In this document: in pieces, positions 1 to 7,679 of the stretch
How the letters are laid out: each line of letters opens with the position of its first letter
Numbering within the stretch: position 1 is the stretch's first letter
From: a virus
Lineage: Duplodnaviria; Caudoviricetes
IMG/VR virus record: IMGVR_UViG_3300032272_000043
Coordinates: 1 to 36,857 of that record
Direction: 5' to 3' (one strand)
DNA length: 36,857 bases
Translations under genes and position numbers: made by a program
Notes under the pieces: generated by a model
What the model saw: the letters and a program-made list of their open reading frames with translations, nothing else
Told to the model about the DNA's origin: nothing
Database searches by the model: none

Positions 1-768
1 GTCTACCTGTCGAACGATACCGTTGCTAACGCGTATGCGTATTTCAACATTGGCGCGACAACCTGCGCGGTGGGCACCGTGGGCGCGGCGGCAACAGCAG
101 CCGTTGAGGACTACGGGACTATTTGCTCGGTAGAAATCCGGCTCACTTGCACGGCGGCGGCGCAGACAATCGCACTCCAAACCGCAGAGGCCGACAACGA
201 CAAGGTGTTCGCGGGCGACGCGTCCACGGTCAACACGTATTTCGGCACTGTTCAGGTTGAGCAATACGCGCACAAGACTAGTTTTGTCGCCACCACCACC
301 ACGGCAGGCCAGCGCGGGGCTGATGTGCTGCGATACGACGGCACTGGGATTGTTGGGGCTGAGGGGTCGGCGGTGGTTTCTCTGTGGGCGCCGACGCGTG
401 GCGGGGCTGACACTTATTTTCTCTCGCTCTCGGATGGGCTCTCGGCGGCTGACCGAATCTCCTTTGCCGCCGTGTCTGCTACAGGTGCCGTGTCAATCAG
501 GAGCCGGGCCACTGCGGGGGCCAACGGGACCACGGGCAGCAGCACCGACATTATGACAGGCGCTGCGTTCACGGCGGCTGGGTCGTGGGCGACGAATGCC
601 TACACTGTCGCGATAGACGGCGCGGATGAAACGATACCAGACGCCTCTGCCGACGTGCCCGACGACATAGACACAATCGGGATCGGGCAACATCGGGACA
701 GTGGATCCCAGTTCGGCGGCATAATAACCAGCGTCAAAATCTACGACCAGACCGGGGTGACAGAATGA
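1..768 (+). CDS. C-terminal part of a tail fibre / receptor-binding protein with a LamG (concanavalin-like) domain; 5'-partial
   Basis: Frame 1 is open from base 1 (VYLSNDTVANAY...). Thr/Ala/Gly-rich beta-type sequence ending in a LamG-like pattern (YTVAIDG...IGIG...FGGIITSVKIYD). Likely continues 35592..36857. Confidence 0.65.
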   Translation, partial: VYLSNDTVANAYAYFNIGATTCAVGTVGAAATAAVEDYGTICSVEIRLTCTAAAQTIALQTAEADNDKVFAGDASTVNTYFGTVQVEQYAHKTSFVATTTTAGQRGADVLRYDGTGIVGAEGSAVVSLWAPTRGGADTYFLSLSDGLSAADRISFAAVSATGAVSIRSRATAGANGTTGSSTDIMTGAAFTAAGSWATNAYTVAIDGADETIPDASADVPDDIDTIGIGQHRDSGSQFGGIITSVKIYDQTGVTE

Positions 769-1460
769 GCCGCCTCAAAAGAATCCTCGCAGGTGCCGCT
801 GCCATCGTTGGCCTAGGCGTGCTCGGGCTCTCCGCCGCGCTCCAACAGTCCGCGCTGGACGAGGGGCTTTCGACGTGCGCACAGTGGGGCAAAGCCATTG
901 ACCTTGCCGAGTCTCGTCAGTCGGTCGAATGGTACGCGCTGGTCACGGCTGGTTACGTTCCGCCGTCAACTCTCGGTGACCGCGTGCTCGGGACTGTCGA
1001 TGGCACGTTGCGCGCGGGGCGGATTCACGCGACTCCGGCAGCGTGCGAGCGTGGGCTGGAGTACACCTACAAGCGAGGCGCCACGATACAGGGCGCGGGG
1101 CTGTACCAGTTCAGCGGAGACCGACGCTTTGCACGCGGCTGGGAACTGCTTGCGGCGTCTGCCCCCGAGGTCAGGTATTTCGGCGGTTGGAAAGAGGTGG
1201 TTGCAGCGTGCCTTGCTGTGACCACCGGCGCGCGCTGTCTGAACTATCTCGGCGGGGTGAGTGAGTGCTGGAAGCTCGCGGGTGGCAACCTATGCCGTCA
1301 CGGGCTTGAGTACGGGCCTGGGCTCGGGGGCGTCAATGTAGACGGCACGCCCGCAACGTGCTCGCCCGGTGTTGGCTCGGTGCCGTATCCGTGTACCGAC
1401 CACGGGCGCGGTAGAGATTGGGCCGAGAACATTCAACCGCTAGACGTGACCGAGGAGTAG
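765..1460 (+). CDS. Exported or membrane-anchored Cys-rich protein of unknown function
   Basis: ATGA overlap with the upstream stop. N-terminus MSRLKRILAGAAAIVGLGVLGLSAA (basic then hydrophobic). 8 Cys. Confidence 0.7.
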   Translation: MSRLKRILAGAAAIVGLGVLGLSAALQQSALDEGLSTCAQWGKAIDLAESRQSVEWYALVTAGYVPPSTLGDRVLGTVDGTLRAGRIHATPAACERGLEYTYKRGATIQGAGLYQFSGDRRFARGWELLAASAPEVRYFGGWKEVVAACLAVTTGARCLNYLGGVSECWKLAGGNLCRHGLEYGPGLGGVNVDGTPATCSPGVGSVPYPCTDHGRGRDWAENIQPLDVTEE

Positions 1461-1464
1461 GCCC

Positions 1465-1815
1465 GTGAGCAAGGAAGCCGTAGAGTCAGTGGTTAGGTTC
1501 ATGCTGGAATCAGGGTTCCCGCTCTGGTTCGTTATGATAGCCATGACCTGGGGGATGCTCATCGGCGGGTTGTGGGCGCTGGATAAGTGGTGGTTTCACC
1601 GCAACCGGCGCAGGCAGAACGGCACGCCGCAACGGGTCGAGGTGGTCGGCATGGAGTCGCTACAGGAGCGCGTCCGCAGCGTTGAGATCGCAGTCGGGCA
1701 GCACTCGATGAAATCGTCCGAGGAGCACGAAGAAATCAGCGTGAAGGTCGAAGGACTAGCGGATGACCACACAAAGCTTCGCGCAGCGCTAAACCCAAAG
1801 GAGTCAACGGCATGA
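1465..1815 (+). CDS. Membrane protein of the lysis module (one TM segment plus coiled-coil-like tail; holin/antiholin-like)
   Basis: Hydrophobic stretch FPLWFVMIAMTWGMLIGGLWAL followed by a basic patch. GAGGAG upstream. Lies before the holin-like and endolysin genes. Confidence 0.6.
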   Translation: MSKEAVESVVRFMLESGFPLWFVMIAMTWGMLIGGLWALDKWWFHRNRRRQNGTPQRVEVVGMESLQERVRSVEIAVGQHSMKSSEEHEEISVKVEGLADDHTKLRAALNPKESTA

Positions 1816-2237
1816 ACTACATCGCAGAACTACAGGCAGCATGGGACGCAGGCGGCTGGCTCGCTGTATCGGGCGCTGGAATCATGGTCGCGATGCGCGG
1901 TTGGTCATCCGGCCTGGTTCAGAACGCAGTCGGCAAAATCCCCGGCGCGCCCGCGTGGCTACTCTGGGACAATCTCACGCCGTTTGGCAAGCTCGCCCTG
2001 GTTGGCGGCGTAACTGCTATCGGGTCGGCGGCTATTGCGTTCGCCACTGGCACCGGGCTCGGGGCTGCGGTCGGCGCTGGTCTCGCTGCTGGTCTCGCTG
2101 CCATCGGTAGCAACTCCGCGCACAATGCGCACAAGAAGTCACGCGAGGGCGGTCTCCGTAGCCTGCTGCCACCGGTACGGCAACCGAGCATCAGAGGAAA
2201 GATCGGCAAAGACATGCAGGCACCGGTCATCGAATGA
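1812..2237 (+). CDS. Putative holin
   Basis: Two to three hydrophobic helices and a basic C-terminus. ATGA-coupled directly to the endolysin. Confidence 0.6.
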   Translation: MNYIAELQAAWDAGGWLAVSGAGIMVAMRGWSSGLVQNAVGKIPGAPAWLLWDNLTPFGKLALVGGVTAIGSAAIAFATGTGLGAAVGAGLAAGLAAIGSNSAHNAHKKSREGGLRSLLPPVRQPSIRGKIGKDMQAPVIE

Positions 2238-2815
2238 CCCGCTGGGACATGTTCGGGGCACGGCCCAAGCCAGTGCCAGCGCCGCTTGAGATCCACCAGG
2301 AGCTAGCCCCGGGCCCATACAAGACCCGCAAGCGCACTGATTACGATTTTGTGCACCGGCTCAGTCTGTCTAAGCTCCCGTGGGGGCCAATAGCAGACCA
2401 CCACCTGCGGGCCGAGGACGTGATCCGGGAGTTCATGGCGCACCCGGAGTTGAACACCCGGCGCCGCGTGCCGTACAACGCCCTCGTGCTGGCCGACTCG
2501 TCGATCGTGCAGATCCTCCCGCTGTCCGCCGAGGGACAGCACGCGGGCGGCTATAACTACAGGTCCCGGGCGGTGGCTGTCGTCGGCCTGCTCGATGAAC
2601 ACAAGATGACGCATGGGCAGTATGCGTCCCTGATACACGTCTTGGCATCGTGGCGGGACATGGGGCCGCCTGCGGAGATCGTTGGGCATACCGAGCAGGC
2701 GCCGAGCAAAAAGTACCCCAACAAGCGATGCCCGGGCCGGTTCGTCTCGATGCATTCAATCCGCACGCAGGTCGAGTGCCAGCCGGTGACTGACTTTAGC
2801 GGCTGGTCCGTATAG
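2234..2815 (+). CDS. Endolysin, N-acetylmuramoyl-L-alanine amidase (Amidase_2 / T7 lysozyme-like)
   Basis: Motifs FVHR, PYN..V..D, GQHAGGYNYRS.AVAVVG, Q..SL, IVGH and K.CPG (Zn ligands H, H, C). Confidence 0.88.
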   Translation: MTRWDMFGARPKPVPAPLEIHQELAPGPYKTRKRTDYDFVHRLSLSKLPWGPIADHHLRAEDVIREFMAHPELNTRRRVPYNALVLADSSIVQILPLSAEGQHAGGYNYRSRAVAVVGLLDEHKMTHGQYASLIHVLASWRDMGPPAEIVGHTEQAPSKKYPNKRCPGRFVSMHSIRTQVECQPVTDFSGWSV

Positions 2816-3401
2816 ACTCTATCGACGCCCTGATCGCCCTCGTTTCGGCCGCGCGCTTCTCGCCCCTGCATATGGATCCGACTGAGCTTGAGCTAATGCC
2901 ATAGCACTCCGCGATATGGCGCTGTTGTGCCCCTCCCGCATGGAGCAGGCATATCGCGACGGAGTCGTGCGGCGACACCCTGGACGAGCCGTTGGCCACG
3001 CCCATTCTTCTCATCGTCCCCGCAGAAGCGGCATCGCGCATATTGTCTTCGTGCGTTCCACTGCGCAGATGCGCCGGGTTACAGCACCCGCGCTCATTAC
3101 ACGAGTGCAAGACCAGTCGACCGCGCGTGTAGTCGCCCCCAGACAACTCGAACGCCGTGCGGTGTGAGTAGAAACTCCTCTTCGCGATTGCCCCGTTTTC
3201 CCTGAACCTGATCGTAAAAACGCCGTAACCACCGCGCCCGTCTGGGCCCGCGTCACCATTGGTGCACATGAGCCACATCCAGCAGTCGTCTGGCCCTTTT
3301 ATGTCAACGCGTGACCAGAAGTACTCCGGCAGGGGCGCGCCACAAATAAACGTGCGGCCATGCGTCTCCATCATCATCCCAGCTTCTGATTTGTGATTCA
3401 T
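2796..3401 (-). CDS. HNH endonuclease with C-terminal HTH
   Basis: FWSRVD..GPDDCWMW, GYGVF, HR.AFEL, VLHSCNERGCCNPAHLRSGTHEDNMRD. Start placed at ATG 3401, which overlaps the recombinase stop (ATGA). Confidence 0.88.
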   Translation of the reverse strand: MNHKSEAGMMMETHGRTFICGAPLPEYFWSRVDIKGPDDCWMWLMCTNGDAGPDGRGGYGVFTIRFRENGAIAKRSFYSHRTAFELSGGDYTRGRLVLHSCNERGCCNPAHLRSGTHEDNMRDAASAGTMRRMGVANGSSRVSPHDSVAICLLHAGGAQQRHIAECYGISSSSVGSICRGEKRAAETRAIRASIESIRTSR

Positions 3402-3970
3402 TCCCATATCCTTTCGCCCATAACCTTGATTACCGCGGCCGGGCTGATGTGGTCCAAGTACCGGCTCGTCGTTGCGATACTGCTGTGCCCAAGCTGTCGG
3501 CTTATTATGCCGATATCGACGCCCTCCGCGCGGAGTTCGCATGCTAGCGTGTGTCGTAGCCCGTGGGCGTGAACCCTTCTCTCTATACCGGCCCTCTTTG
3601 CCAGCTTCTTAATCATGCGCCGAACATAGCTAGAATCAATGCGTCCGCCGGCCAGTGAACAGAATAGCCAGTCAGACTCAATCCCTGCTGCGGTGCGTTG
3701 CCCCCGCCATTCGTCGATGACCTTAAATGCTCTTGCATCCATCCCGACAGTGCGGTTTTTGTCGCCCTTGCCCCTCATCACCCGCACCGTCCCGCCATCG
3801 GTATCAACGTCCCAGGTCCGCAGGGCCAGCCCCTCGGAGCATCGCAGCCCGGAGCGGTACAGCAGCGTGAGCAGAGCTCTATCCCTCATCCCGGAGACAC
3901 GGCGCACGTCGGCGGCGTCGATTAGGGCGCTGGCCTCGGAGGGGGTTAATGGTTCGGGGGGGTACTTCAT
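3398..3970 (-). CDS. Small tyrosine recombinase (catalytic domain only, about 190 aa)
   Basis: Complete catalytic set: GLRCSE (R), GKGDK (K), HGLRH (HxxR), LGHSS (H), TSRY (Y). ATG 3970 overlaps the methyltransferase stop. Confidence 0.92.
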   Translation of the reverse strand: MKYPPEPLTPSEASALIDAADVRRVSGMRDRALLTLLYRSGLRCSEGLALRTWDVDTDGGTVRVMRGKGDKNRTVGMDARAFKVIDEWRGQRTAAGIESDWLFCSLAGGRIDSSYVRRMIKKLAKRAGIERRVHAHGLRHTLACELRAEGVDIGIISRQLGHSSIATTSRYLDHISPAAVIKVMGERIWE

Positions 3971-4003
3971 TTGCTCAACTCGTTGACTATGTGCCCGATG
4001 ACT
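3967..4003. repeat. 37-bp direct repeat, copy 1 (MTase 3' end plus recombinase start)
   Basis: TCATTTGCTCAACTCGTTGACTATGTGCCCGATGACT; 36/37 identical to 5751..5787. Confidence 0.95.
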
Positions 4004-4908
4004 TCGGCACACTGGGGGACGACGGCGTTCCCGAGGGCTCGGAGTCGGTCCAGCCGATGGGGAATCCCATTAGCCACTCCACAAATGCGGGGGCTAGGGA
4101 TCCGACCCGTTTCGATTCCGTGTCGTAGTTCACAGCCCCAGTTAGGGTGTCCTGTCTCGGCCCGTTCCCCTTCGGCCGACCGTCTATTGCCCGTGGCGTC
4201 GGCAGCGCTCCACGCCGGGCCAGCGTCTCCAGGCTCGGGCGGTCCTTCCCTGCTCGTCCCGCAGCCCCGCCCCTGTTGCTCCCGTAGCTGCTTGCTGTTG
4301 GCGTCGGCAGTAGGTCCGCCCACCCCTCCTTCTGTTTTCCCTTGCCCGTGGCGAAGTTGTGGGGGTTCACGTCTGTTGCCGACCATGTCCTGTTGTGGCT
4401 TGCCTTCCCCGGCCCGTCCGAGGCACGCGGCGTGGGCAACGATAAAGACCCTCCGCCGAAGGTGCGGAGCCCCGACATCATGTGCCGACAGCGGGACCGG
4501 TAACGCTTGGTAGTCGAGTTGTCCCATCCCGGCCATGATTGCGTCGACCCACCGATTAGCCCCGCTGGCGACGTTCTCAATGACGACCCACTCGGGCCTG
4601 AGCTCGCCGACGATCCTGGCAAACTCAAACCACAGTCCCGAGCGCTCTCCAGCAAGGCCCGCGCCCTTTCCTGCGCTGGACACGTCTTGACATGGGAATC
4701 CGCCGCAGATGAGATCGACAGGGGCGAGATTGCCAACTCCAGCTGTTCGGACATCGTCGAACCTTTCAGCGTCGGGCCAATGCCGCGCCAGTATTGATCG
4801 GCAGAAAGCAGACTGCTCGACCTGCCACACCGTGTGGGCTCCGGGGATTGCGCGCTCCAGGCCGAGCTCTAGCCCTCCGATCCCGCTGAATAGTGAGCCT
4901 ATGCGCAT
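3967..4908 (-). CDS. DNA (cytosine-5) methyltransferase, large (alpha) polypeptide lacking motif IX
   Basis: Motif I LFSGIGG, IV GGFPCQDVS, VI IENV, VIII HLRRRVFIVA and X RLRALGNAVVPQ. Confidence 0.92.
   Translation of the reverse strand: MRIGSLFSGIGGLELGLERAIPGAHTVWQVEQSAFCRSILARHWPDAERFDDVRTAGVGNLAPVDLICGGFPCQDVSSAGKGAGLAGERSGLWFEFARIVGELRPEWVVIENVASGANRWVDAIMAGMGQLDYQALPVPLSAHDVGAPHLRRRVFIVAHAACLGRAGEGKPQQDMVGNRREPPQLRHGQGKTEGGVGGPTADANSKQLREQQGRGCGTSREGPPEPGDAGPAWSAADATGNRRSAEGERAETGHPNWGCELRHGIETGRIPSPRICGVANGIPHRLDRLRALGNAVVPQCAEVIGHIVNELSK
3987..4754 (-). CDS. Nested out-of-frame beta polypeptide of the C5 methyltransferase (carries motif IX)
   Basis: 255-codon ORF wholly inside the MTase gene, same strand, different frame. 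Three LPTP repeats and SLAPAFVEWLMGFPIGWT (motif IX-like). Confidence 0.75.
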   Translation of the reverse strand: MSEQLELAISPLSISSAADSHVKTCPAQERARALLESARDCGLSLPGSSASSGPSGSSLRTSPAGLIGGSTQSWPGWDNSTTKRYRSRCRHMMSGLRTFGGGSLSLPTPRASDGPGKASHNRTWSATDVNPHNFATGKGKQKEGWADLLPTPTASSYGSNRGGAAGRAGKDRPSLETLARRGALPTPRAIDGRPKGNGPRQDTLTGAVNYDTESKRVGSLAPAFVEWLMGFPIGWTDSEPSGTPSSPSVPKSSGT

Positions 4909-4938
4909 CAACTAGTCCCGCTTCCTAGAGAAACGTGC

Positions 4939-5142
4939 CTATTCACAGCCCTGCATCCTTTTGAACGCCCGAATCATCGCCACGGTGTCGTGACGGGCTG
5001 CGGCTGCTTCGGCCTCGTTGAGCACCTGCTCTATAGCCGCAGCGCCGAACGCGCCAGCCGGTCCGATTTCCTTGTACCACGCTAAAAGCTCACGGCACCG
5101 CGCCTGCTCCTCGGGGTATTGTTCTGCCAGTGATTTACTCAT
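4939..5142 (-). CDS. Small hypothetical phage protein
   Basis: MSKSLAEQYPEEQARCRELL...; ATGA coupling at 5139..5142. Confidence 0.7.
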   Translation of the reverse strand: MSKSLAEQYPEEQARCRELLAWYKEIGPAGAFGAAAIEQVLNEAEAAAARHDTVAMIRAFKRMQGCE

Positions 5143-5390
5143 CCCTGCCTCGCTTTCTGGTTGGGGGTGAACACCGGCCGACCCTCGGTTAGTATGTGCC
5201 TGGCCATTCGGTTTCTTCGATTGTCCGCGATGACACACGACACGCTGAAGTACCAGACCGCTGACCCCTCATCCTTGAAATCGAGTCTGACCTCGTACTT
5301 CCCGTCGGTGTCTTCCACGACACCGGGAGCCCACAGGTATTTGTCAACCCGGGCCAGAACCCTCTGGCCTCTGGTGTAGTGTCGGCTCAT
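5139..5390 (-). CDS. Small hypothetical protein, possibly SH3/Tudor-like
   Basis: YTRGQRVLAR...WAPGVV...YEVRLD pattern; in the operon direction. Confidence 0.6.
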   Translation of the reverse strand: MSRHYTRGQRVLARVDKYLWAPGVVEDTDGKYEVRLDFKDEGSAVWYFSVSCVIADNRRNRMARHILTEGRPVFTPNQKARQG

Positions 5391-5420
5391 ATTCGGTCTC
5401 GCTTTTGTATAATTTCGTGA

Positions 5421-5708
5421 TCACTCATCGACGTGCACCCCGGCCCGGCGCGCGATGTCCATTATCGACTGGTTGATTGCATAAATGCCCGGGTCCTCTA
5501 ATTCGGCGGCGACTCGTCGGGTCTTTGCGTCAATCAGCGAGGGTAGCGGCTCCCGAGCAAAACGCCGAGCGCAGATGGCCCTTGCCGCGGACACTACCAG
5601 ATCCATGCGGCGCATCATCTCAGGCACATCGACCGTATCCGTGTGGTGGTCAGCGGTCAGCTTGCCGACCATGGCCTCAAACTGGGCTCTTGTTTCAACA
5701 CCAGTCAT
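5421..5708 (-). CDS. Hypothetical protein
   Basis: AAAGAGG upstream of the ATG; fills the space between two motif copies. Confidence 0.65.
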   Translation of the reverse strand: MTGVETRAQFEAMVGKLTADHHTDTVDVPEMMRRMDLVVSAARAICARRFAREPLPSLIDAKTRRVAAELEDPGIYAINQSIMDIARRAGVHVDE

Positions 5709-5750
5709 TCTTAACCTCTTTCTTGTCTCGCTTTCGTACCATTTCGTGCC

Positions 5751-5787
5751 TCATTTGCTCAACTCGTTGACTATGTGGCCGATGACT
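5751..5787. repeat. 37-bp direct repeat, copy 2 (orphan MTase 3' end)
   Basis: TCATTTGCTCAACTCGTTGACTATGTGGCCGATGACT; one mismatch to copy 1. Confidence 0.95.
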
Positions 5788-6025
5788 AGACCTCCGTGTA
5801 CGGCGTCATGTCCTTGTAGATGGTCATTGTGGAACCATGCCCGCAAGAACCGCAGCCGTCCTCGGTTTCAATGTCATTATCTGTGACGCCAAAGATGTCT
5901 CGGGCCTTGCGGTAGTCCTGCTCATCTGGGCACATTGAGAGCCTGATCTGAACAAAGCTACGCTCCAGGATATCTATGTCCCAGAAAGCGTCGAGCTGCC
6001 CCTTTACTGATTTCTTGAATCTCAT
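5786..6025 (-). CDS. Hypothetical protein with a CxxC motif
   Basis: ATGA-coupled; DGCGSCGHG motif. Confidence 0.65.
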   Translation of the reverse strand: MRFKKSVKGQLDAFWDIDILERSFVQIRLSMCPDEQDYRKARDIFGVTDNDIETEDGCGSCGHGSTMTIYKDMTPYTEV

Positions 6026-6285
6026 TCTTGTCCCGCTTTTGTATTGATCCTCTCCGCTGCGTCGCAGGCGGGCCTAGCGCTGTCCCGGTCCATTACGGCG
6101 GCCCTGACCAACTCCGGCACGCGCAGGGCCAGAACATGGTCTTGGATAGTTCCGTCGTCGGATGTCTTGGCGGCGTCGCCGAACAGCGCGCCTATCTCAT
6201 CAATGATGCCTCGGTAAAACTGTTCATTGCGGCAGTGCTGCTCTGCTGTGTGTTTCCAATTGTCGCGTTCCTGCTCAGCTCTCAT
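6022..6285 (-). CDS. Hypothetical protein
   Basis: GAGGAG upstream; operon-direction ORF with protein-like composition. Confidence 0.65.
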   Translation of the reverse strand: MRAEQERDNWKHTAEQHCRNEQFYRGIIDEIGALFGDAAKTSDDGTIQDHVLALRVPELVRAAVMDRDSARPACDAAERINTKAGQE

Positions 6286-6358
6286 TTACCATGCTCCTCG
6301 GTTTGTGGTTTCGTCATTGTTTTCGGCATTCCGGGGCCCGTTCTATCTCGCTTTCATG

Positions 6359-6697
6359 TCATTTCGTGACTGGCGCTAGCGCATCCCGCGCCCGCTGCCT
6401 GGATTCGATGTCTCGCCCGAGATCGCGGAACCAGATCAGCGCTTCCCGCAGCGCATCCCGCTCCCGCTCCGCCTCCAGCCGCAGCGCCTCCGACGCCTCA
6501 GCCGCTAGCCGGTGGCTCTCCGCATCGTCGCGCAGCTCGCGGTTGTCTCGCTCAAGGTCGAGGTAGGCGCGGGCCATCCTCGCAGTGCTGGCGTGGTACG
6601 CGTGGCAGCTTGGCGAGCTGTACTCTCGCGCGATACCACTCGCATAAGTTGACGCCCACTGCGCCTCGGTCTCGGGGTTGTTGGTGTGTTTAGCCAT
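6359..6697 (-). CDS. Hypothetical coiled-coil protein
   Basis: GAGGG upstream; overlaps the upstream stop; E/R/A-rich heptads. Confidence 0.6.
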   Translation of the reverse strand: MAKHTNNPETEAQWASTYASGIAREYSSPSCHAYHASTARMARAYLDLERDNRELRDDAESHRLAAEASEALRLEAERERDALREALIWFRDLGRDIESRQRARDALAPVTK

Positions 6698-7325
6698 TGG
6701 CGTTCACCCTCTCAAACTCGCAGCACCAGACCCAGGGGTTGTCGTCCCAGCCGAGGCCCTGCTTTGCGTAGATGGAGTCCCAAAGCGCCGCGAAGACCCG
6801 CACCTGATCCCCGGTTGTAATCCCGGATGGGTCGTGCATCTTTGTCCCGTCCCACCCTTCGGCGATTGCACCCAGGTCTCGGATATCCTGCACCCGCTCC
6901 ACCCAAACCCGCCCGACGCGCAGCCAGATACGGGCGAGGCGTTTGGGCATGTGGATTGACGGCACCCACGATCCGCGTCCTTGATCATCGCGACACGGGC
7001 ACCCGGCCTCCCAGTGCGTGCAGTCGTGGTCAGCCCTGTAGTCAACCAGTCTCCGGGCCTCGGTGTCGCTGATCTTCGGGTATTCGAAATGGTCGACATA
7101 GAACGTCTCCCGCACATAGAGCAGGTCGTTGGGCTGGCCGAAGGGGCTCTTGTGCTCGATGACGTCGCAATCAAAACCGCCGTCGTCGCTAGACTCCCAC
7201 CGCGACCCGGCAAGGGCCTGCATTAGTCGCCGCTGCGGCCTTACAGGCCTCCGCGTCTGCGTCTTGCGCCCGTCGAGGATCGCTCGGACCATCTCGGCGT
7301 TGAATAGGATCGGTCGGTCAGCCAT
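6690..7325 (-). CDS. ASCH/PUA-like domain phage protein
   Basis: RPILFNAEMVRAILDGRKTQTRR, LYVRETF, WVPSIHMPKRLARIWL, VERVQDI, WDDNPWVW. GAGGTG upstream of ATG 7325. Confidence 0.85.
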   Translation of the reverse strand: MADRPILFNAEMVRAILDGRKTQTRRPVRPQRRLMQALAGSRWESSDDGGFDCDVIEHKSPFGQPNDLLYVRETFYVDHFEYPKISDTEARRLVDYRADHDCTHWEAGCPCRDDQGRGSWVPSIHMPKRLARIWLRVGRVWVERVQDIRDLGAIAEGWDGTKMHDPSGITTGDQVRVFAALWDSIYAKQGLGWDDNPWVWCCEFERVNANG

Positions 7326-7497
7326 CTGTCTCACCTCTCTGCGCCCTGTGCGCGCTCTCAAGGGCCGCATAACTCGCAGGCCCTGGTTGTCCGATTCCCG
7401 CAAAGGCCGCCCTCAGTAGCCCACAGGAGAGCCGTGGGCTATGTCCTGAGTACCGCACGGCGCGGCGAATCAGGGACAGTCTGCGGCGGTAGGTCAT
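7318..7497 (-). CDS. Small hypothetical protein
   Basis: ATGA-coupled and fills the gap in the operon. Confidence 0.4.
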   Translation of the reverse strand: MTYRRRLSLIRRAVRYSGHSPRLSCGLLRAAFAGIGQPGPASYAALESAHRAQRGETDG

Positions 7498-7679
7498 GCC
7501 CATAGCGGCGTCAAAGGGTCTAGGTCGTCGTCTTCGTTGTTCATGCTTGAGTGTAAGAGCAAGTCCTGGGCCAACATCGCCGAACCGGAATCGTTGACCT
7601 TTTCCGCCCCAGGTGCGAAACGGATTACGCGGAAGTGCGTAACATTGTGCGCGGGGTGCGTAGTGGGTTGCGCGGTCAT
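7494..7679 (-). CDS. Small hypothetical protein
   Basis: MTAQPTTHPAHN...; ATGA coupling at both ends. Confidence 0.5.
   Translation of the reverse strand: MTAQPTTHPAHNVTHFRVIRFAPGAEKVNDSGSAMLAQDLLLHSSMNNEDDDLDPLTPLWA

Larger units (their letters stand above)
4915..6368 (-). repeat. Dispersed 24-bp gene-boundary motif, minus-strand consensus CACGAAAT-N6-AAAGCGAGAY; full copies 5396..5419, 5725..5748, 6345..6368; partial copies 4915..4937, 6026..6044
   Basis: Direct alignment: gtctcgcttttgtataatttcgtg / gtctcgctttcgtaccatttcgtg / atctcgctttcatgtcatttcgtg. Every copy sits at a gene junction. Confidence 0.85.

Noticed and set aside
3402-3542. Extended N-termini in the ORF track (3542, 4012, 7403, 12650, 16988, 19434, 22899)
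   Set aside because: They overlap upstream genes or the leader RNA; downstream starts with ATGA coupling, an RBS or motif boundaries fit better.
2796-4908. MTase plus HNH as a restriction-modification system
   Set aside because: The HNH has the homing-type signature common in phages and is separated from the MTase by the recombinase; nothing shows shared specificity.
5740-5752. GGCACG at two motif copies as sigma54 -24 boxes
   Set aside because: No TTGC -12 element at the required spacing.
3967-5787. 37-bp repeat as a DGR template/variable pair or as attL/attR
   Set aside because: No reverse transcriptase, the single mismatch is C/G rather than at adenine, both flanks are phage genes, and there is no tRNA similarity.
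4915-6368. Reading the repeated motif as a CRISPR array or integron attC sites
   Set aside because: Spacing is 300-480 bp with ORFs between, the copies are degenerate, there are no cas genes, no GTTRRRY / RYYYAAC ends or long hairpins, and the recombinase is too short for IntI.
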